A program made the translations under genes and the position numbers. From positions 1,177,769 through 1,241,768 of the forward strand of contig JAEUKT010000002.1 of assembly GCA_016794125.1 (NCBI GenBank): 64,000 nt of DNA, in the 5' to 3' direction. Of this stretch, positions 37,179 through 47,307 are shown piece after piece. Source of the DNA: Alphaproteobacteria bacterium. GTDB lineage: Bacteria; Pseudomonadota; Alphaproteobacteria; Micavibrionales; UBA2020. Every line of letters starts with the position of its first letter. Position 1 is the first letter of the stretch. Under the pieces are notes generated by a model, which saw only the letters and a list, made by a program, of their open reading frames with translations, made no database searches and was not told where the DNA came from.

Positions 37179-37763
37179 ATGACCACAAAAACAAAACTCC
37201 TCGTTTTCGCGGGCGCGACGCGTAACGGCTCGTTCAACAAGAAACTCGCAAAACTCGCCGCGCAAGCGGCGGGTGATGCGGGCGCCGATGTGACGCTCGT
37301 CGACCTCAAGGATTACCCGATGCCGCTCTATGACGGCGACGATGAAGGGGCAAGCGGCCTGCCTGCAAAGGCGCTGGAATTCAAGAAGCTGGTGAAGGAG
37401 GCCGACGGTTTCCTGATTGCTTCGCCCGAATACAACAGCAGCTATTCCGGCGTGCTGAAAAACACCATCGACTGGGCCAGCCGCCCGTCGGAAGCGGGCG
37501 AAGGATCCGCCGCCGCATTCGCAGGGAAATACGCAGGCATCATGGCGGCGTCGCCCGGTGCACTGGGCGGGCTGCGCGGGCTCTACGCCTTGCGCGAGTT
37601 GTTGATGAACATCAACGTGACGGTGCTGCCACGCATGCAGGCGGTGGGTGGTGCTGCCGCGGCGTTCAACGATGACGGCACGCTGAAGGACGAAAAATTC
37701 GCCAAGGGCGTGGCGGGCGTGGCACAAGACCTCGTGAAAACCTTGCAGAAACTCAAGGCATAA
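37179..37763 (+). CDS. NADPH-dependent FMN reductase
   Basis: AGATRNGSFNKKL, SPEYNSS..LKNTIDWASR, SPGALGGLRG. Confidence 0.95.
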   Translation: MTTKTKLLVFAGATRNGSFNKKLAKLAAQAAGDAGADVTLVDLKDYPMPLYDGDDEGASGLPAKALEFKKLVKEADGFLIASPEYNSSYSGVLKNTIDWASRPSEAGEGSAAAFAGKYAGIMAASPGALGGLRGLYALRELLMNINVTVLPRMQAVGGAAAAFNDDGTLKDEKFAKGVAGVAQDLVKTLQKLKA

Positions 37764-37775
37764 CGGGGAAAAATT

Positions 37776-39101
37776 TTGAACACCAGACCCACGCTGCTGG
37801 AGGGCGATCCGGGTGCGCATATCAGGCGCCTGACGCTCCCGCTTGCCTGGGGCATGCTGGCGATGACCAGCTTTTCGGTGTTCGACGCGTGGTTTATTTC
37901 GCATCTAGGCACGAAATATCTGGCCGCGATGGGTTTCACGATTCCGGTCGTGATGTTTTTCATGGGCATCGTGTTTGGTACTTCCGTCGGCACGACATCG
38001 GCCATCGCGCGCGTCTATGGCGAAGGCGATTTTGAAAAAGTGCGCCGCATGGCGACCGATGCCTTGAGCCTGACTGTCGTCAGCACCATTAGCGCGTCGA
38101 TCCTTGGCATGCTGTTCATCGACCCCATTTTCCGGCTGATGGGCGCGACGCCGGAGCTGATGCCGCTCATCCACCGTTACATGATGATCTGGTATTGCGG
38201 GTTGCCGTTCCTCGGCCTGTTGATGGTTGGGAACGCCTGCATCCGCGCGACGGGGGATACGCATTTTGTCTCTAAAATGATGACGCTGCTGGCCGTCAGC
38301 AATATTATCCTCGATCCGTTCTTTATCTTTGGCTGGGGGCCGTTTCCGGAATGGAAACTGGCGGGGGCGGCGGCGACGCTGGTCACGTCCTATTACCTCA
38401 CCTGCTGCGTTTCCATGTATTTCCTGATCTTCAAAAAGAAAATCCTGACGCATCCCGTCATTCATCCCGGCCAGCTGAAATCATGGGGGCGTATTTTGCA
38501 CGTGGCGGTGCCGTCCATCGTCAGCAACCAGATCGCGCCCATTTCCGCCGCCATCATCACATGGATGGCGGCGCAGTTCGGCAAGGAAGCGGTGGCCGCG
38601 CTGGGCGTGGCAACGCGTATCGAAAGCATGGCGACGCTGCTGTTTTATTCCATGGGCGCGGCGATCGCCATTTTCGCGGGCCAGAATTACGGCGCGGGCA
38701 ACTACGGCCGCATCCAACAGGGCGTCGCCACGGGTGCTAGATATTCGATGATCTGGGGGCTGTTGCTGGCGGCCACACTGTGGGCGTTTGCGTGGCACAT
38801 CCCGACCTTTTTCGATTCGAACGAAAAAGTGATTGCCTATACCGCGCAATACCTGCACTGGGTGCCGATCAGCTATGGCGCGCTGGGCGTGCTGGTGGTG
38901 TCGAACGCCGCGCTGAACGCGATGGGCAAGCCGCTGCCCGCGACGACGCTGATCCTGCTGAAGACCTTCGTGATTTATGTGCCGCTTGCCTATGTGTTGC
39001 AGGCGAAAATGGGCTTCACCGGTATTCTGGCGGCGCTGGTCGCCACCAATTTCATCCTCGGCATTATCTCGTATTTCTGGAACAAGAAAATCGCATCCTG
39101 A
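37776..39101 (+). CDS. MATE family efflux transporter (TTG start)
   Basis: About 12 hydrophobic segments; LAAMGF, RATGDT, NIILDPFFIFG, QNYGAG. Confidence 0.93.
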   Translation: MNTRPTLLEGDPGAHIRRLTLPLAWGMLAMTSFSVFDAWFISHLGTKYLAAMGFTIPVVMFFMGIVFGTSVGTTSAIARVYGEGDFEKVRRMATDALSLTVVSTISASILGMLFIDPIFRLMGATPELMPLIHRYMMIWYCGLPFLGLLMVGNACIRATGDTHFVSKMMTLLAVSNIILDPFFIFGWGPFPEWKLAGAAATLVTSYYLTCCVSMYFLIFKKKILTHPVIHPGQLKSWGRILHVAVPSIVSNQIAPISAAIITWMAAQFGKEAVAALGVATRIESMATLLFYSMGAAIAIFAGQNYGAGNYGRIQQGVATGARYSMIWGLLLAATLWAFAWHIPTFFDSNEKVIAYTAQYLHWVPISYGALGVLVVSNAALNAMGKPLPATTLILLKTFVIYVPLAYVLQAKMGFTGILAALVATNFILGIISYFWNKKIAS

Positions 39102-39114
39102 CGGAGTTTCAAAT

Positions 39115-39456
39115 ATGGACGTCGCCATCAAGACCATCGCGCTGCTGTTCGCCTCCAACGTGTTCATGACTTTCGCGTGGTATGGCCATCTGAAGCACAA
39201 GGAAACTGCGCTGTGGATCGTGATCCTCATCAGCTGGGGCATCGCGTTTTTCGAATACTGCCTGCAAGTTCCCGCGAACCGCATGGGCAATGCGGTGTTC
39301 AACGCCGCGCAGTTGAAAACCATTCAGGAAATCATCACGCTGGTGGTGTTTTCGGGATTTTCGGTCTGGTACCTGCACGAGCCGCTGAAATGGAACCATA
39401 TCGTCGGGTTTGTGCTGATCGTGGCGGCGTCGTTCTTTATCTTCAAGAAATGGTGA
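39115..39456 (+). CDS. DMT family small membrane protein (DUF486-like)
   Basis: SNVFMTFAWYGHLK, SWGIAFFEYCLQVPANRMG, QLKTIQEIITL. Confidence 0.92.
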   Translation: MDVAIKTIALLFASNVFMTFAWYGHLKHKETALWIVILISWGIAFFEYCLQVPANRMGNAVFNAAQLKTIQEIITLVVFSGFSVWYLHEPLKWNHIVGFVLIVAASFFIFKKW

Positions 39457-40074
39457 TTAGTGTTTCGGCGCGGGATAGGCGACGGTATCTTTCGGCGCGG
39501 TCGATAAGCCGCGATCGGGCGGGTTGGTAACGGGCGTGAATTCCAGCGTCTTGCCCACAAGGCCGCCCAGCGTGACGACTTTTTTCCAGCCGCTGATGGC
39601 GTAACCGCGGATTTTCAAATTTTTCTGGTCGCCGTGGGGCAATTGTATGTCGAAACCGAAGGCTTCCTTGCGCTGCTCGATCCAGATTTTCCCTTGCCAC
39701 CTGCCGCCACCCATATTTTTCATGTCGCGCAGCTGCGGTTTGTAGTCGAGCGCCTTTTCGAAATCGGCCTGCGTGAGTTTATTCTTGTCCTTGCTGACAT
39801 TGCCTGCGACAAGGGTGCGGACTTTATCGTTTTCGGGGTTCAGCGCGTGGATGCGGAATTGTATGCCGGTTGAATCCGTCCACACATCAATCACGCCGTC
39901 ATATTCGGGGTGCTTCCAATAACTATGCGCGGTTTGCGGGATGGGCTGCACAGCCGCTGCCGGCACAACGGCATTTTGTGCACGCATCGGGCGAACCGAT
40001 GCTGCCAAAAATCCCAGCGCCAGCGCCGAGGTGGTGGCGAGGGTGGTGAAAATCTTCGCACGTTTGCTTGTCAT
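39457..40074 (-). CDS. Secreted protein, distantly DUF2147-like
   Basis: N-terminal hydrophobic leader; WQGKIW, LKIRGYA, LVGKTLEFTPV resemble the DUF2147 C-terminus; tail PAPKH. Confidence 0.5.
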   Translation of the reverse strand: MTSKRAKIFTTLATTSALALGFLAASVRPMRAQNAVVPAAAVQPIPQTAHSYWKHPEYDGVIDVWTDSTGIQFRIHALNPENDKVRTLVAGNVSKDKNKLTQADFEKALDYKPQLRDMKNMGGGRWQGKIWIEQRKEAFGFDIQLPHGDQKNLKIRGYAISGWKKVVTLGGLVGKTLEFTPVTNPPDRGLSTAPKDTVAYPAPKH

Positions 40075-40130
40075 AACCGGAATATAGGGGAAGCAGGGCG
40101 AGCCCGTCAAACAGAATATATGGTACTGGT

Positions 40131-41384
40131 TTAACTGCCGAATTTACGCTGGCTGTCATAGCCGAGGCCAAGTGCGACGGAAGACAGCTTGTTTTCTTCC
40201 GACAACACGGCGTTGGGGAAACGCGAACAGACCGCCTGTTTCAAAAGCGGCGTTTCGGTCGGCCCGCCGGTCAGGATGATGATTTCAATATCGTCATCCG
40301 TCAGGTTCGCGGTTGCGAGACATTCCGTGATCGATTCCGAAATGCGGTCGATATGCGTGGTGATGGCGGTGTTGAACACTTCGCGCTGCACATCCAGCGT
40401 GAAACCGTTTTCGATGAAGCCCAGTTCGGCTGTCGTGCTTTCGCTGTCCGTCAGCTCGATCTTGGCTGTTTCAACCGACGACAGAATGCGGTGGCCAAGC
40501 TCGTGTTCCAGCGCGTTCACGAAACGGCCAAAGCGTTTCGAAGCGTGCGATTCAGATAAGATGTCGCGCATATCCTTCTTCACCTTGGGCGTGTAGAGGA
40601 AGTTCACCTTCGACCATTCCGACATGTCGTGGAACGGCGACAGCGGCACGTCAAAGCGTTTTTCGCCATAGGTGCTGCGATAGCCGAAAGACGGCATAAA
40701 ACTTGAAAGGCTCAGGGATTTATCAAAATCATTGCCGCCGATGCGCACGCCCGAATGGCCAAGAATGTCCTGCGACCTGTCTGCGCGGTTGATATATTTT
40801 TGCGATACCTTGATGACTGTGAAATCGGACGTGCCGCCGCCGATATCGGCGACCAGTGCGCGTTTTTCGTTTGTTACCTTCACTTCATGCGCGAATGCCG
40901 CCGCGACGGGCTCGAACTGGAAAGCGATATGCCTGAAGCCGGCTGCGGCCGCAATGCGCTGCAATTCGCTTTCCGCGCGCGCGTCGCCTGCGGTGTCGCC
41001 GTCGATGAAATGCACGGGGCGGCCCATCACGGCATGGGTCAGTTCGTGGTTCAGCTGCTGTTCGGCGGTCTTTTTGATATGGCTGATGAAATCGCCGATG
41101 ATGCTGTCGAAACTGCGCATGCGGCCATTCACGACCGTGCCCTGGTTCATCAAGGATGTGCCCAGAATGCGTTTCAGGCTGCGCATAAAGCGGCCCTCTT
41201 CGCCTTCGAAAAACAGTTTCTGCGCGGCGCGGCCGAAGGCGGGCATGGGCATGGTGGCGGGATAGAATATCGCGCTTGGCAAGGTGTCGGCTTCACTCTC
41301 CACCTTCAGCAGGCGTGCGCCGGCCGGATCGCCCAGCGCGATTGCAGAATTCGACGTGCCGAAATCGATGCCGCAGGGATGCAT
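40131..41384 (-). CDS. Hsp70-family protein (YegD-like)
   Basis: GIDFGTSNS, MGRPVHF, FQFEPVAAA, DIGGGTSDF, IGGNDFD, LTGG. Confidence 0.92.
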   Translation of the reverse strand: MHPCGIDFGTSNSAIALGDPAGARLLKVESEADTLPSAIFYPATMPMPAFGRAAQKLFFEGEEGRFMRSLKRILGTSLMNQGTVVNGRMRSFDSIIGDFISHIKKTAEQQLNHELTHAVMGRPVHFIDGDTAGDARAESELQRIAAAAGFRHIAFQFEPVAAAFAHEVKVTNEKRALVADIGGGTSDFTVIKVSQKYINRADRSQDILGHSGVRIGGNDFDKSLSLSSFMPSFGYRSTYGEKRFDVPLSPFHDMSEWSKVNFLYTPKVKKDMRDILSESHASKRFGRFVNALEHELGHRILSSVETAKIELTDSESTTAELGFIENGFTLDVQREVFNTAITTHIDRISESITECLATANLTDDDIEIIILTGGPTETPLLKQAVCSRFPNAVLSEENKLSSVALGLGYDSQRKFGS

Positions 41385-41439
41385 GTGCCACCTTTTTGGG
41401 AAAGCGATGTTTTTATACGCATCGCGCGCGCAAGGCAAG

Positions 41440-41471
41440 AAAAAACCCCGCCGGTTGACGGGCGGGGTTTT
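41440..41471 (-). terminator. Intrinsic terminator of the polyamine operon
   Basis: AAAACCCCGCC/GGCGGGGTTTT stem with flanking A and T runs. Confidence 0.75.
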
Positions 41472-41494
41472 AAAGGTTTGGAATGGCGAAAGAA

Positions 41495-42412
41495 TTACGC
41501 GAGCTTTTTCGTGCGCGTTTTGACTTTCTTCGCCAGGAAAGCGTAGCTCATGATCTTGTAGGCCAGCTTGGCGGCGAGGAAGTCGCAGCCATGCATATTG
41601 GGCTTGGGCGCCAGTTCGTTCACATCCGCGCCGATGAAGGTCGAGACCTTCGCGACTTCGCGGATGATGTTGACGGCTTCGTCCCAGAACAACCCGCCCG
41701 GCTCCGGCGTGCCGGTCGCGGGGATCATGCTGGCGTCAAACGCGTCAATGTCGAAGGTGACATAGACGTTCTTGCCCTTGAAGTTGCGCACGATCTCCTT
41801 CATGTCCCACAGGTGCTTTTCGCGCGCCCAGTAGATTTTCAGGCGTTTCTTGTTTTTCTCCAGGAACGGGATTTCGCCAGACGATATGTTGCGGATGCCA
41901 AATGAATAAACGCTGACATTCGCAGGATCCATCGTGCGGCAGATGGCTGACGCATGGGAATAATGCTCGCCATGATAACCGTCGCGCAGGTCGGCATGCG
42001 CGTCGAAATGCAGCACCGCCACATCCTTGAAATTGCGCGCATAGGGACGGATCGCGCCCGCCGTGATCGAATGTTCGCCGCCGAACACGAAGGGAAATTT
42101 GCCCATCGCCAGCACTTCTTCGACTTGTGCATCCAGCTGTTCCAGCGCCTTTTCGACCGATTTTGCGATCTTCACGGGTTTTGCGGTCACAACGCCGTAT
42201 TCGCGGAACGGTTCGCTCCAGAATTCGTCGTCGAACAATTCGACTTGATGCGACGCGTTGATCATCGCGGCGGGGCCTTTCGACGTGCCGCCGCCATAGG
42301 ACACCGACGCTTCAAGGCCGAAGGGAATGACGACGACTTGCGCGTCTTTGGGCGATACGGCATCGCCCTTTTCAAGGCCGAGGAAGCCGTCGGCGGGTTT
42401 CATGAATTCCAT
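41495..42412 (-). CDS. speB: Agmatinase / ureohydrolase
   Basis: GGEHSIT, HFDAHADLR, TFDIDAFD, PATGTPEPGG. Confidence 0.92.
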   Translation of the reverse strand: MEFMKPADGFLGLEKGDAVSPKDAQVVVIPFGLEASVSYGGGTSKGPAAMINASHQVELFDDEFWSEPFREYGVVTAKPVKIAKSVEKALEQLDAQVEEVLAMGKFPFVFGGEHSITAGAIRPYARNFKDVAVLHFDAHADLRDGYHGEHYSHASAICRTMDPANVSVYSFGIRNISSGEIPFLEKNKKRLKIYWAREKHLWDMKEIVRNFKGKNVYVTFDIDAFDASMIPATGTPEPGGLFWDEAVNIIREVAKVSTFIGADVNELAPKPNMHGCDFLAAKLAYKIMSYAFLAKKVKTRTKKLA

Positions 42413-42473
42413 TTTATGCTCCTTTCAAAATTTCTGACGGCAAGAATAGCGACACCGCCGGCGTTTTCAAGCC

Positions 42474-42902
42474 TTACTCGTCGTCGATCATCCCGCTGCC
42501 CTTGGAAATCGCCAGGAAAGCGTCGCGGTCGAGGTTTACGTGGGGGCCAAGGTCATGCTGGTCGAGGTCTTCGATCGGCACCCAGACGAATTCGCTATGC
42601 TCCGGCGTCAGCTTCACCTTGTCGCCGAGCGGGCGGCAGAGATATGCGAGGTTCAAAAGCGGCTGACCTTCGCGTTTTCCCGTGCGGGCGTGGAAAATCT
42701 GCATCACATCGACCTTCAACCCGGTTTCTTCCTTGTATTCGCGGGCGAGCGCGTCTTCGGGTGACTCCCCATGCTCCACGCCGCCGCCGCAGAATTCCCA
42801 GCCGATGAATTCCGATCCCGGCGCGGGCGCGCGCTTCAATAGCAGGACTTCGCCCTCGTCGCTCATCAGCACGCCGGTTGCGCGGACATTGAATTGTGCC
42901 AT
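42474..42902 (-). CDS. NUDIX hydrolase
   Basis: Nudix box GGVEHGESPEDALAREYKEETG. Confidence 0.93.
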   Translation of the reverse strand: MAQFNVRATGVLMSDEGEVLLLKRAPAPGSEFIGWEFCGGGVEHGESPEDALAREYKEETGLKVDVMQIFHARTGKREGQPLLNLAYLCRPLGDKVKLTPEHSEFVWVPIEDLDQHDLGPHVNLDRDAFLAISKGSGMIDDE

Positions 42903-42974
42903 TTTGTGTATTCCTTCAAAAAGATTTCCGGCCGGAACTTTTTAACGGTTCCGGCCGGAATATTTCGTTATCGC

Positions 42975-44042
42975 TTACTTGAACAGCTTGTTCCAGTTGC
43001 GGCGGCTGCGTTTTTTCCAGTAGCCGCGATGATAAGCGTCGGATGCCAGCAGCGGCATGACCGAGCCTGCTTCCGCGAACACCATCTGCTCAAGCGCAAC
43101 GTCCACCTTACCCCAGCTGCACGCTTCTTTCAGCGTGGAGGAGGAGCAGGCGCCGTCGCGCACATCGGCGATGGTGATCTGCACGGCATATTTGTGCATA
43201 TCAACATCTTTGTGGCCGAGGATTTCCGCGCAGACGACGGTGTCCTGCGTGAAGTTTTTCGGCACGCCGCCGCCGATCATCAGCAGGCCGGTGGTGCCGG
43301 CTGCGATTTTCACGTCGGTCAGTTCGCGGAAGTCAGCCACCGCGTCGATGCACATATAGTTCTTGGGGTTTTTCTTCTGGTGCAGCACAAGGCCGAAACC
43401 AGCGGAAGAATCCACGAAAGCGGGGCAGAAGATCGGCACGCCGTGTTCATAGCATGCAGCGATCAGCGAGTTTTTCTTCTTCGCTTTTTTCGTCAGGTAT
43501 TTGCCCATTTCCCAGATGAATTCGCGCGACGAATAGGGGCGGCGCTCGAGGCTCTGCGCGATTTCAAAGATGGTGTGGTCGACAGCCTGCAGGTCTTCTT
43601 CGTCAATATAGGTGTCGTAAATGCGGTCGATGTAAAGATCGCGCAGTTCGCGGTCATCCACCTGGCTGTCGGCGCGGTAATGCTTGAAGCCGAGCGCTTC
43701 GAAGAAGTCCATGTCCACGATTGATGCGCCGGTTGCGACGATCACGTCGACCATGTTGCTTTTCACCATTTCGGTGTACAGGTCCATGCAGCCGCCGGCC
43801 GAGGTGGAGCCCGCGAGCGTCAGGATGGAGGTCGCGCCCTTGTCCTGCAGCATGGTGTTGAAAATATCTGCCGCGCGGGAAAGGTCGCGCGAGGTGAAGG
43901 ACATTTTGCCCATACCGTCGATGATCGGGCGCGCATCGAATTTCTTGATGTCGATATGCTCGATCGGGGTGTTCAGCAGCGCCGCCTTGCGGTTGCTTTT
44001 CGGGTGGGGTTTCGCCTTCACGGCTTTCAGGTTGCTTTTCAT
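42975..44042 (-). CDS. Deoxyhypusine synthase-like protein
   Basis: MSFTSR, DRIYDT, CPAFVDSS, IGGGVPKN, DGACSSSTLKEACSWGKV with the active-site Lys retained. Confidence 0.93.
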   Translation of the reverse strand: MKSNLKAVKAKPHPKSNRKAALLNTPIEHIDIKKFDARPIIDGMGKMSFTSRDLSRAADIFNTMLQDKGATSILTLAGSTSAGGCMDLYTEMVKSNMVDVIVATGASIVDMDFFEALGFKHYRADSQVDDRELRDLYIDRIYDTYIDEEDLQAVDHTIFEIAQSLERRPYSSREFIWEMGKYLTKKAKKKNSLIAACYEHGVPIFCPAFVDSSAGFGLVLHQKKNPKNYMCIDAVADFRELTDVKIAAGTTGLLMIGGGVPKNFTQDTVVCAEILGHKDVDMHKYAVQITIADVRDGACSSSTLKEACSWGKVDVALEQMVFAEAGSVMPLLASDAYHRGYWKKRSRRNWNKLFK

Positions 44043-44145
44043 GTCTTTAGTCCTTTTTATCAATCTGCCCTGCGCGTTTCAGGCCGCCCCTTAAGATAAG
44101 GAGTGGCCCTGAAAAGGGTTTTACGCGGTCAATTTGTGGCGAAAA

Positions 44146-45345
44146 TTATCCCGTCACGCAGAGTTCGTTTGAATCCGTCGTTTCCAGCGCGTCATCGTAG
44201 AGCGTGACCAGCGGCGGTGCCTTGACGGACACGACTTCATGGGCGGAAAAGCCGTTGAAGTCGGTACGCATGGTGTTCCCATAGGCGCCGAGCTGGCCGA
44301 TCTCGATGTAATCCCCTTCCCGGACGTCTTCCGGCAGGTAAAAGGGGCCAGGCATATAATCAATGCTGTCGCAGGTGGGGCCGTAGAAACGGAAACCCTT
44401 GTGCGGCGCACTGGTGCCTCCCGGCGTCGGACGGATGAGACGAACCGGGTAACGGAAACCCAGGTGGCCTGCGTCGAACAGGCTGCCATAGGTTCCATCA
44501 TTGATGTACAGCACATCGTCCTTGCGGAGCTCCACCTTGACGACCACGGATGCGCTCTCGGCCACAAGCGCGCGGCCGGGTTCGCACCAGAACTCGTAGC
44601 GGTCCGGGTGGGGAAGGCGGTCTAAACCGCTTTCGATGGCGTGTTTATAATCTGCAAGCGCCGGAGGCGCCATGTCGGGGTAGATCGACGGGAAGCCGCC
44701 GCCGATGTCGATGATATCGACGCGGGTGCGCGGGATCTGGCGCAGGATGCCGCCCACGATGTTCAGCGCCGCCACATAGGCAGCGGGGTCCATCGTTTGC
44801 GAGCCCACATGGAAGCAGATGCCAAGGCGCTTGGCATGCTTGCGCGCGAGCTTCAGCACTTCGGGCGCTTTTTCCGGCAGGCAGCCGAACTTGCCGGCGA
44901 GCGGCAATTCCGACGAGGTGTTGGGGACAGCGAGACGCAGACACAGGCCGAGGTCTTTCGACTTGCCGGTGCAGGCGACGATCTTTTCCAGTTCCTCGAC
45001 CGAGTCAAAGGAGAAGTCGCGCACGCCGTAATCAAAATACGCCTGCTCGATGGCATGGCGGCTTTTGACAGGGTGCATAAAGGCGATATGGCTGCCGGGG
45101 GCGATTTCGTTCACCAGCTGGATTTCGGGGATGGATGCCGCGTCAAAATGCTTCACGCCCGCATCGCGCAGGCCGGCCAGCACGTATTTGGCGGGGTTCG
45201 CCTTGACGGCGTACAGCACCTTGCCCGGGAAATTGTCGAGAAACCACTTTGCAGAGGTCTGCAGGGCGGCGGGGCGGAAACAGGTAACGGGAATGTTGGG
45301 GCGTCGCTGGCGGACTACGTCTTCGGGGCCGTCGAATTTTTCCAT
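44146..45345 (-). CDS. Fold-type III PLP decarboxylase (ornithine decarboxylase-like)
   Basis: YAVKANP, FHVGSQ, DIGGGFP, EPGRALV, GPTCDSID. Confidence 0.93.
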   Translation of the reverse strand: MEKFDGPEDVVRQRRPNIPVTCFRPAALQTSAKWFLDNFPGKVLYAVKANPAKYVLAGLRDAGVKHFDAASIPEIQLVNEIAPGSHIAFMHPVKSRHAIEQAYFDYGVRDFSFDSVEELEKIVACTGKSKDLGLCLRLAVPNTSSELPLAGKFGCLPEKAPEVLKLARKHAKRLGICFHVGSQTMDPAAYVAALNIVGGILRQIPRTRVDIIDIGGGFPSIYPDMAPPALADYKHAIESGLDRLPHPDRYEFWCEPGRALVAESASVVVKVELRKDDVLYINDGTYGSLFDAGHLGFRYPVRLIRPTPGGTSAPHKGFRFYGPTCDSIDYMPGPFYLPEDVREGDYIEIGQLGAYGNTMRTDFNGFSAHEVVSVKAPPLVTLYDDALETTDSNELCVTG

Positions 45346-45501
45346 TTCATGAAACCCTCCTGCGGGCTGTCATGAGATAACCGCACGCGAATCGTTCGCT
45401 GCCGTGCCCTCATAATTAAGGTTATAAGTTGATTCGATTCAATGTAAAGAATTTTTGAAATCTCAGGGGCTTTGCGCCGGTCACATCGCGTTACAGAATA
45501 T

Positions 45502-47097
45502 TCACGATGCCGGTTTTGGCTGCGGCTGGCGCAGCGGCAGCACGGCTGTCGGCTTCGGAATGCTCTTTAGCACGGGCTCTACCGCCGCGATATCCACGCC
45601 GTGGCGCGCATTCGCCGCCACGTAATCGATCCGGCGCACATCGTTAAGATAAGTCTGCTGCAGCTTGGTCATCAGGACGGGCAGGGCGGCGTTGTCAGGC
45701 TGGGTCTTGATGCCGTCCATCAGGGCGGTCTGCAGCGCGCCATAGGCCCCGATCATGGTCTGGGGGGTGATCTTGCCATACAGGGCGAAGGCGCGTTCCT
45801 GCAGCATCGCGCTGGCGTTCCAGGCGCGCACCTTGGCCATGCCGGCCTTTTCCTTGTCCGTCAGCGGCGTGCCGCCCTTGGGGGCGTGTTTGTCGGCCTG
45901 TTCGGCGGCCACATAGATACGGCGGAATTCCTGTGCGCGGATAAAATCGGGGTCCTGCCCTGCCAGAATACCTAATGCCCGCTTCTGCGCGGGGGTCTTG
46001 GCATCCTCCAGCATAACTGTATAGCCCACGATGGGCCCGGTCAGCTCCTTGGCGTCCATGACCGAGAAGTAAAGCGCCTGCGCCTGCGTGTCGTTGAGCG
46101 CGCGGAAGGCGGGCAGGCCCATTTTGACGATCCGGCTTTTCAGTTCCGCCAGCACCGGGGGCGAAAAATGCAGGACATCGCCCAGTTCGCGTTTCCGCCA
46201 GTCGGATACCGCGTCGATGATCTCGAGTCCGGCCTTGCCGCTGCGGATCAGGTCGCCCGCCGCGCCGACATCCGCCAGCGACTCCTTATTATATCGTAGC
46301 GCGATAAATTCCCGCACGGTTGCGTTGTTGCGGGCGGCGTTGGGCTTCTTCATTTCCTTTTCCACCGCCTCCTCGTCAAACCCGTGGATGGGGTAGCGGC
46401 TGTCCAGGCAATGCCAGGATTCATGGGTGTTCACAAAGGCGACTTTCTGCTGGAACGTCAAACCGGGCAGGTCAAAAGGCAGCGCATGCGCCGATGACGG
46501 CACGATCACGCAGGCTTCGCCGGAAGCCCCCGTCATGTTGACGAAGGCGGAAGGGCTCTGGGTTTTGACCAGGCCGAAGCTGAACTGGAAAAAGTTGGCC
46601 ATGCTGCCTGCCACGATGCGGGCGCGGGCGGGCTCCATCTGCACATTATGCTCGCCCAGCATCATCTGCACGATGGCGGTGGAGGGCAGGCCCAGCGCCG
46701 TGCCGGCATCGAAACGGGCGGGGTCCAGCAGTACGACGCGGTCATGCAGCCCCTGCATATGCTGCAGGCTAAGCGTCAGGCGGTCGCCCAGCAGGTTCAG
46801 GTCGCGCGAATAGGCATCGCCGGTGTGGATTTTCGATGCCATGAAGTCGTTCCGCGCCGCGTTGATCAGCGCCATGCGGACCTCCATGCGGTATTCCATC
46901 TCCCGCAGGTCGGGCGGTACCTGTTCGGTAACCGCTGCGCCGGTGCCGTCGGGGGCTGCGGGCGGGCCGTTCTGCGCCGATGCGGGCATGGCGCTGCCCA
47001 GCAGCACGGTCGCAAGCGCGGTGGAGGCCGCGAATTTGCGCCATACCGCGCTCAGCTGGCCTTTTTTATGCGGGTCTTTGGTGTCGTTTTTCGCCAT
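45502..47097 (-). CDS. Secreted hypothetical protein with HExxH metallopeptidase-like motif (531 aa)
   Basis: Signal-like STALATVLLGSAMPASA; FVNTHESWHCLD plus downstream KESLADVGA; tail PLRQPQPKPAS. Confidence 0.7.
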   Translation of the reverse strand: MAKNDTKDPHKKGQLSAVWRKFAASTALATVLLGSAMPASAQNGPPAAPDGTGAAVTEQVPPDLREMEYRMEVRMALINAARNDFMASKIHTGDAYSRDLNLLGDRLTLSLQHMQGLHDRVVLLDPARFDAGTALGLPSTAIVQMMLGEHNVQMEPARARIVAGSMANFFQFSFGLVKTQSPSAFVNMTGASGEACVIVPSSAHALPFDLPGLTFQQKVAFVNTHESWHCLDSRYPIHGFDEEAVEKEMKKPNAARNNATVREFIALRYNKESLADVGAAGDLIRSGKAGLEIIDAVSDWRKRELGDVLHFSPPVLAELKSRIVKMGLPAFRALNDTQAQALYFSVMDAKELTGPIVGYTVMLEDAKTPAQKRALGILAGQDPDFIRAQEFRRIYVAAEQADKHAPKGGTPLTDKEKAGMAKVRAWNASAMLQERAFALYGKITPQTMIGAYGALQTALMDGIKTQPDNAALPVLMTKLQQTYLNDVRRIDYVAANARHGVDIAAVEPVLKSIPKPTAVLPLRQPQPKPAS

Positions 47098-47307
47098 CGG
47101 ATCCGGTCATTCAACAAAAGGCGCGCTATAAGCGCCTGAAACTTCGAAAGGAATCATCCGAGCCTATATTATACTATACATAATTAAGGATTCGTGTATT
47201 ATGTCGAACGCTTGACCAAAAACATATTGAAAAATAACGATTTTTCAATAGGATGCAGCGCAACAAAACAACAATAAACGATTCAAAACGATTCAGGGCG
47301 GAAAAAT

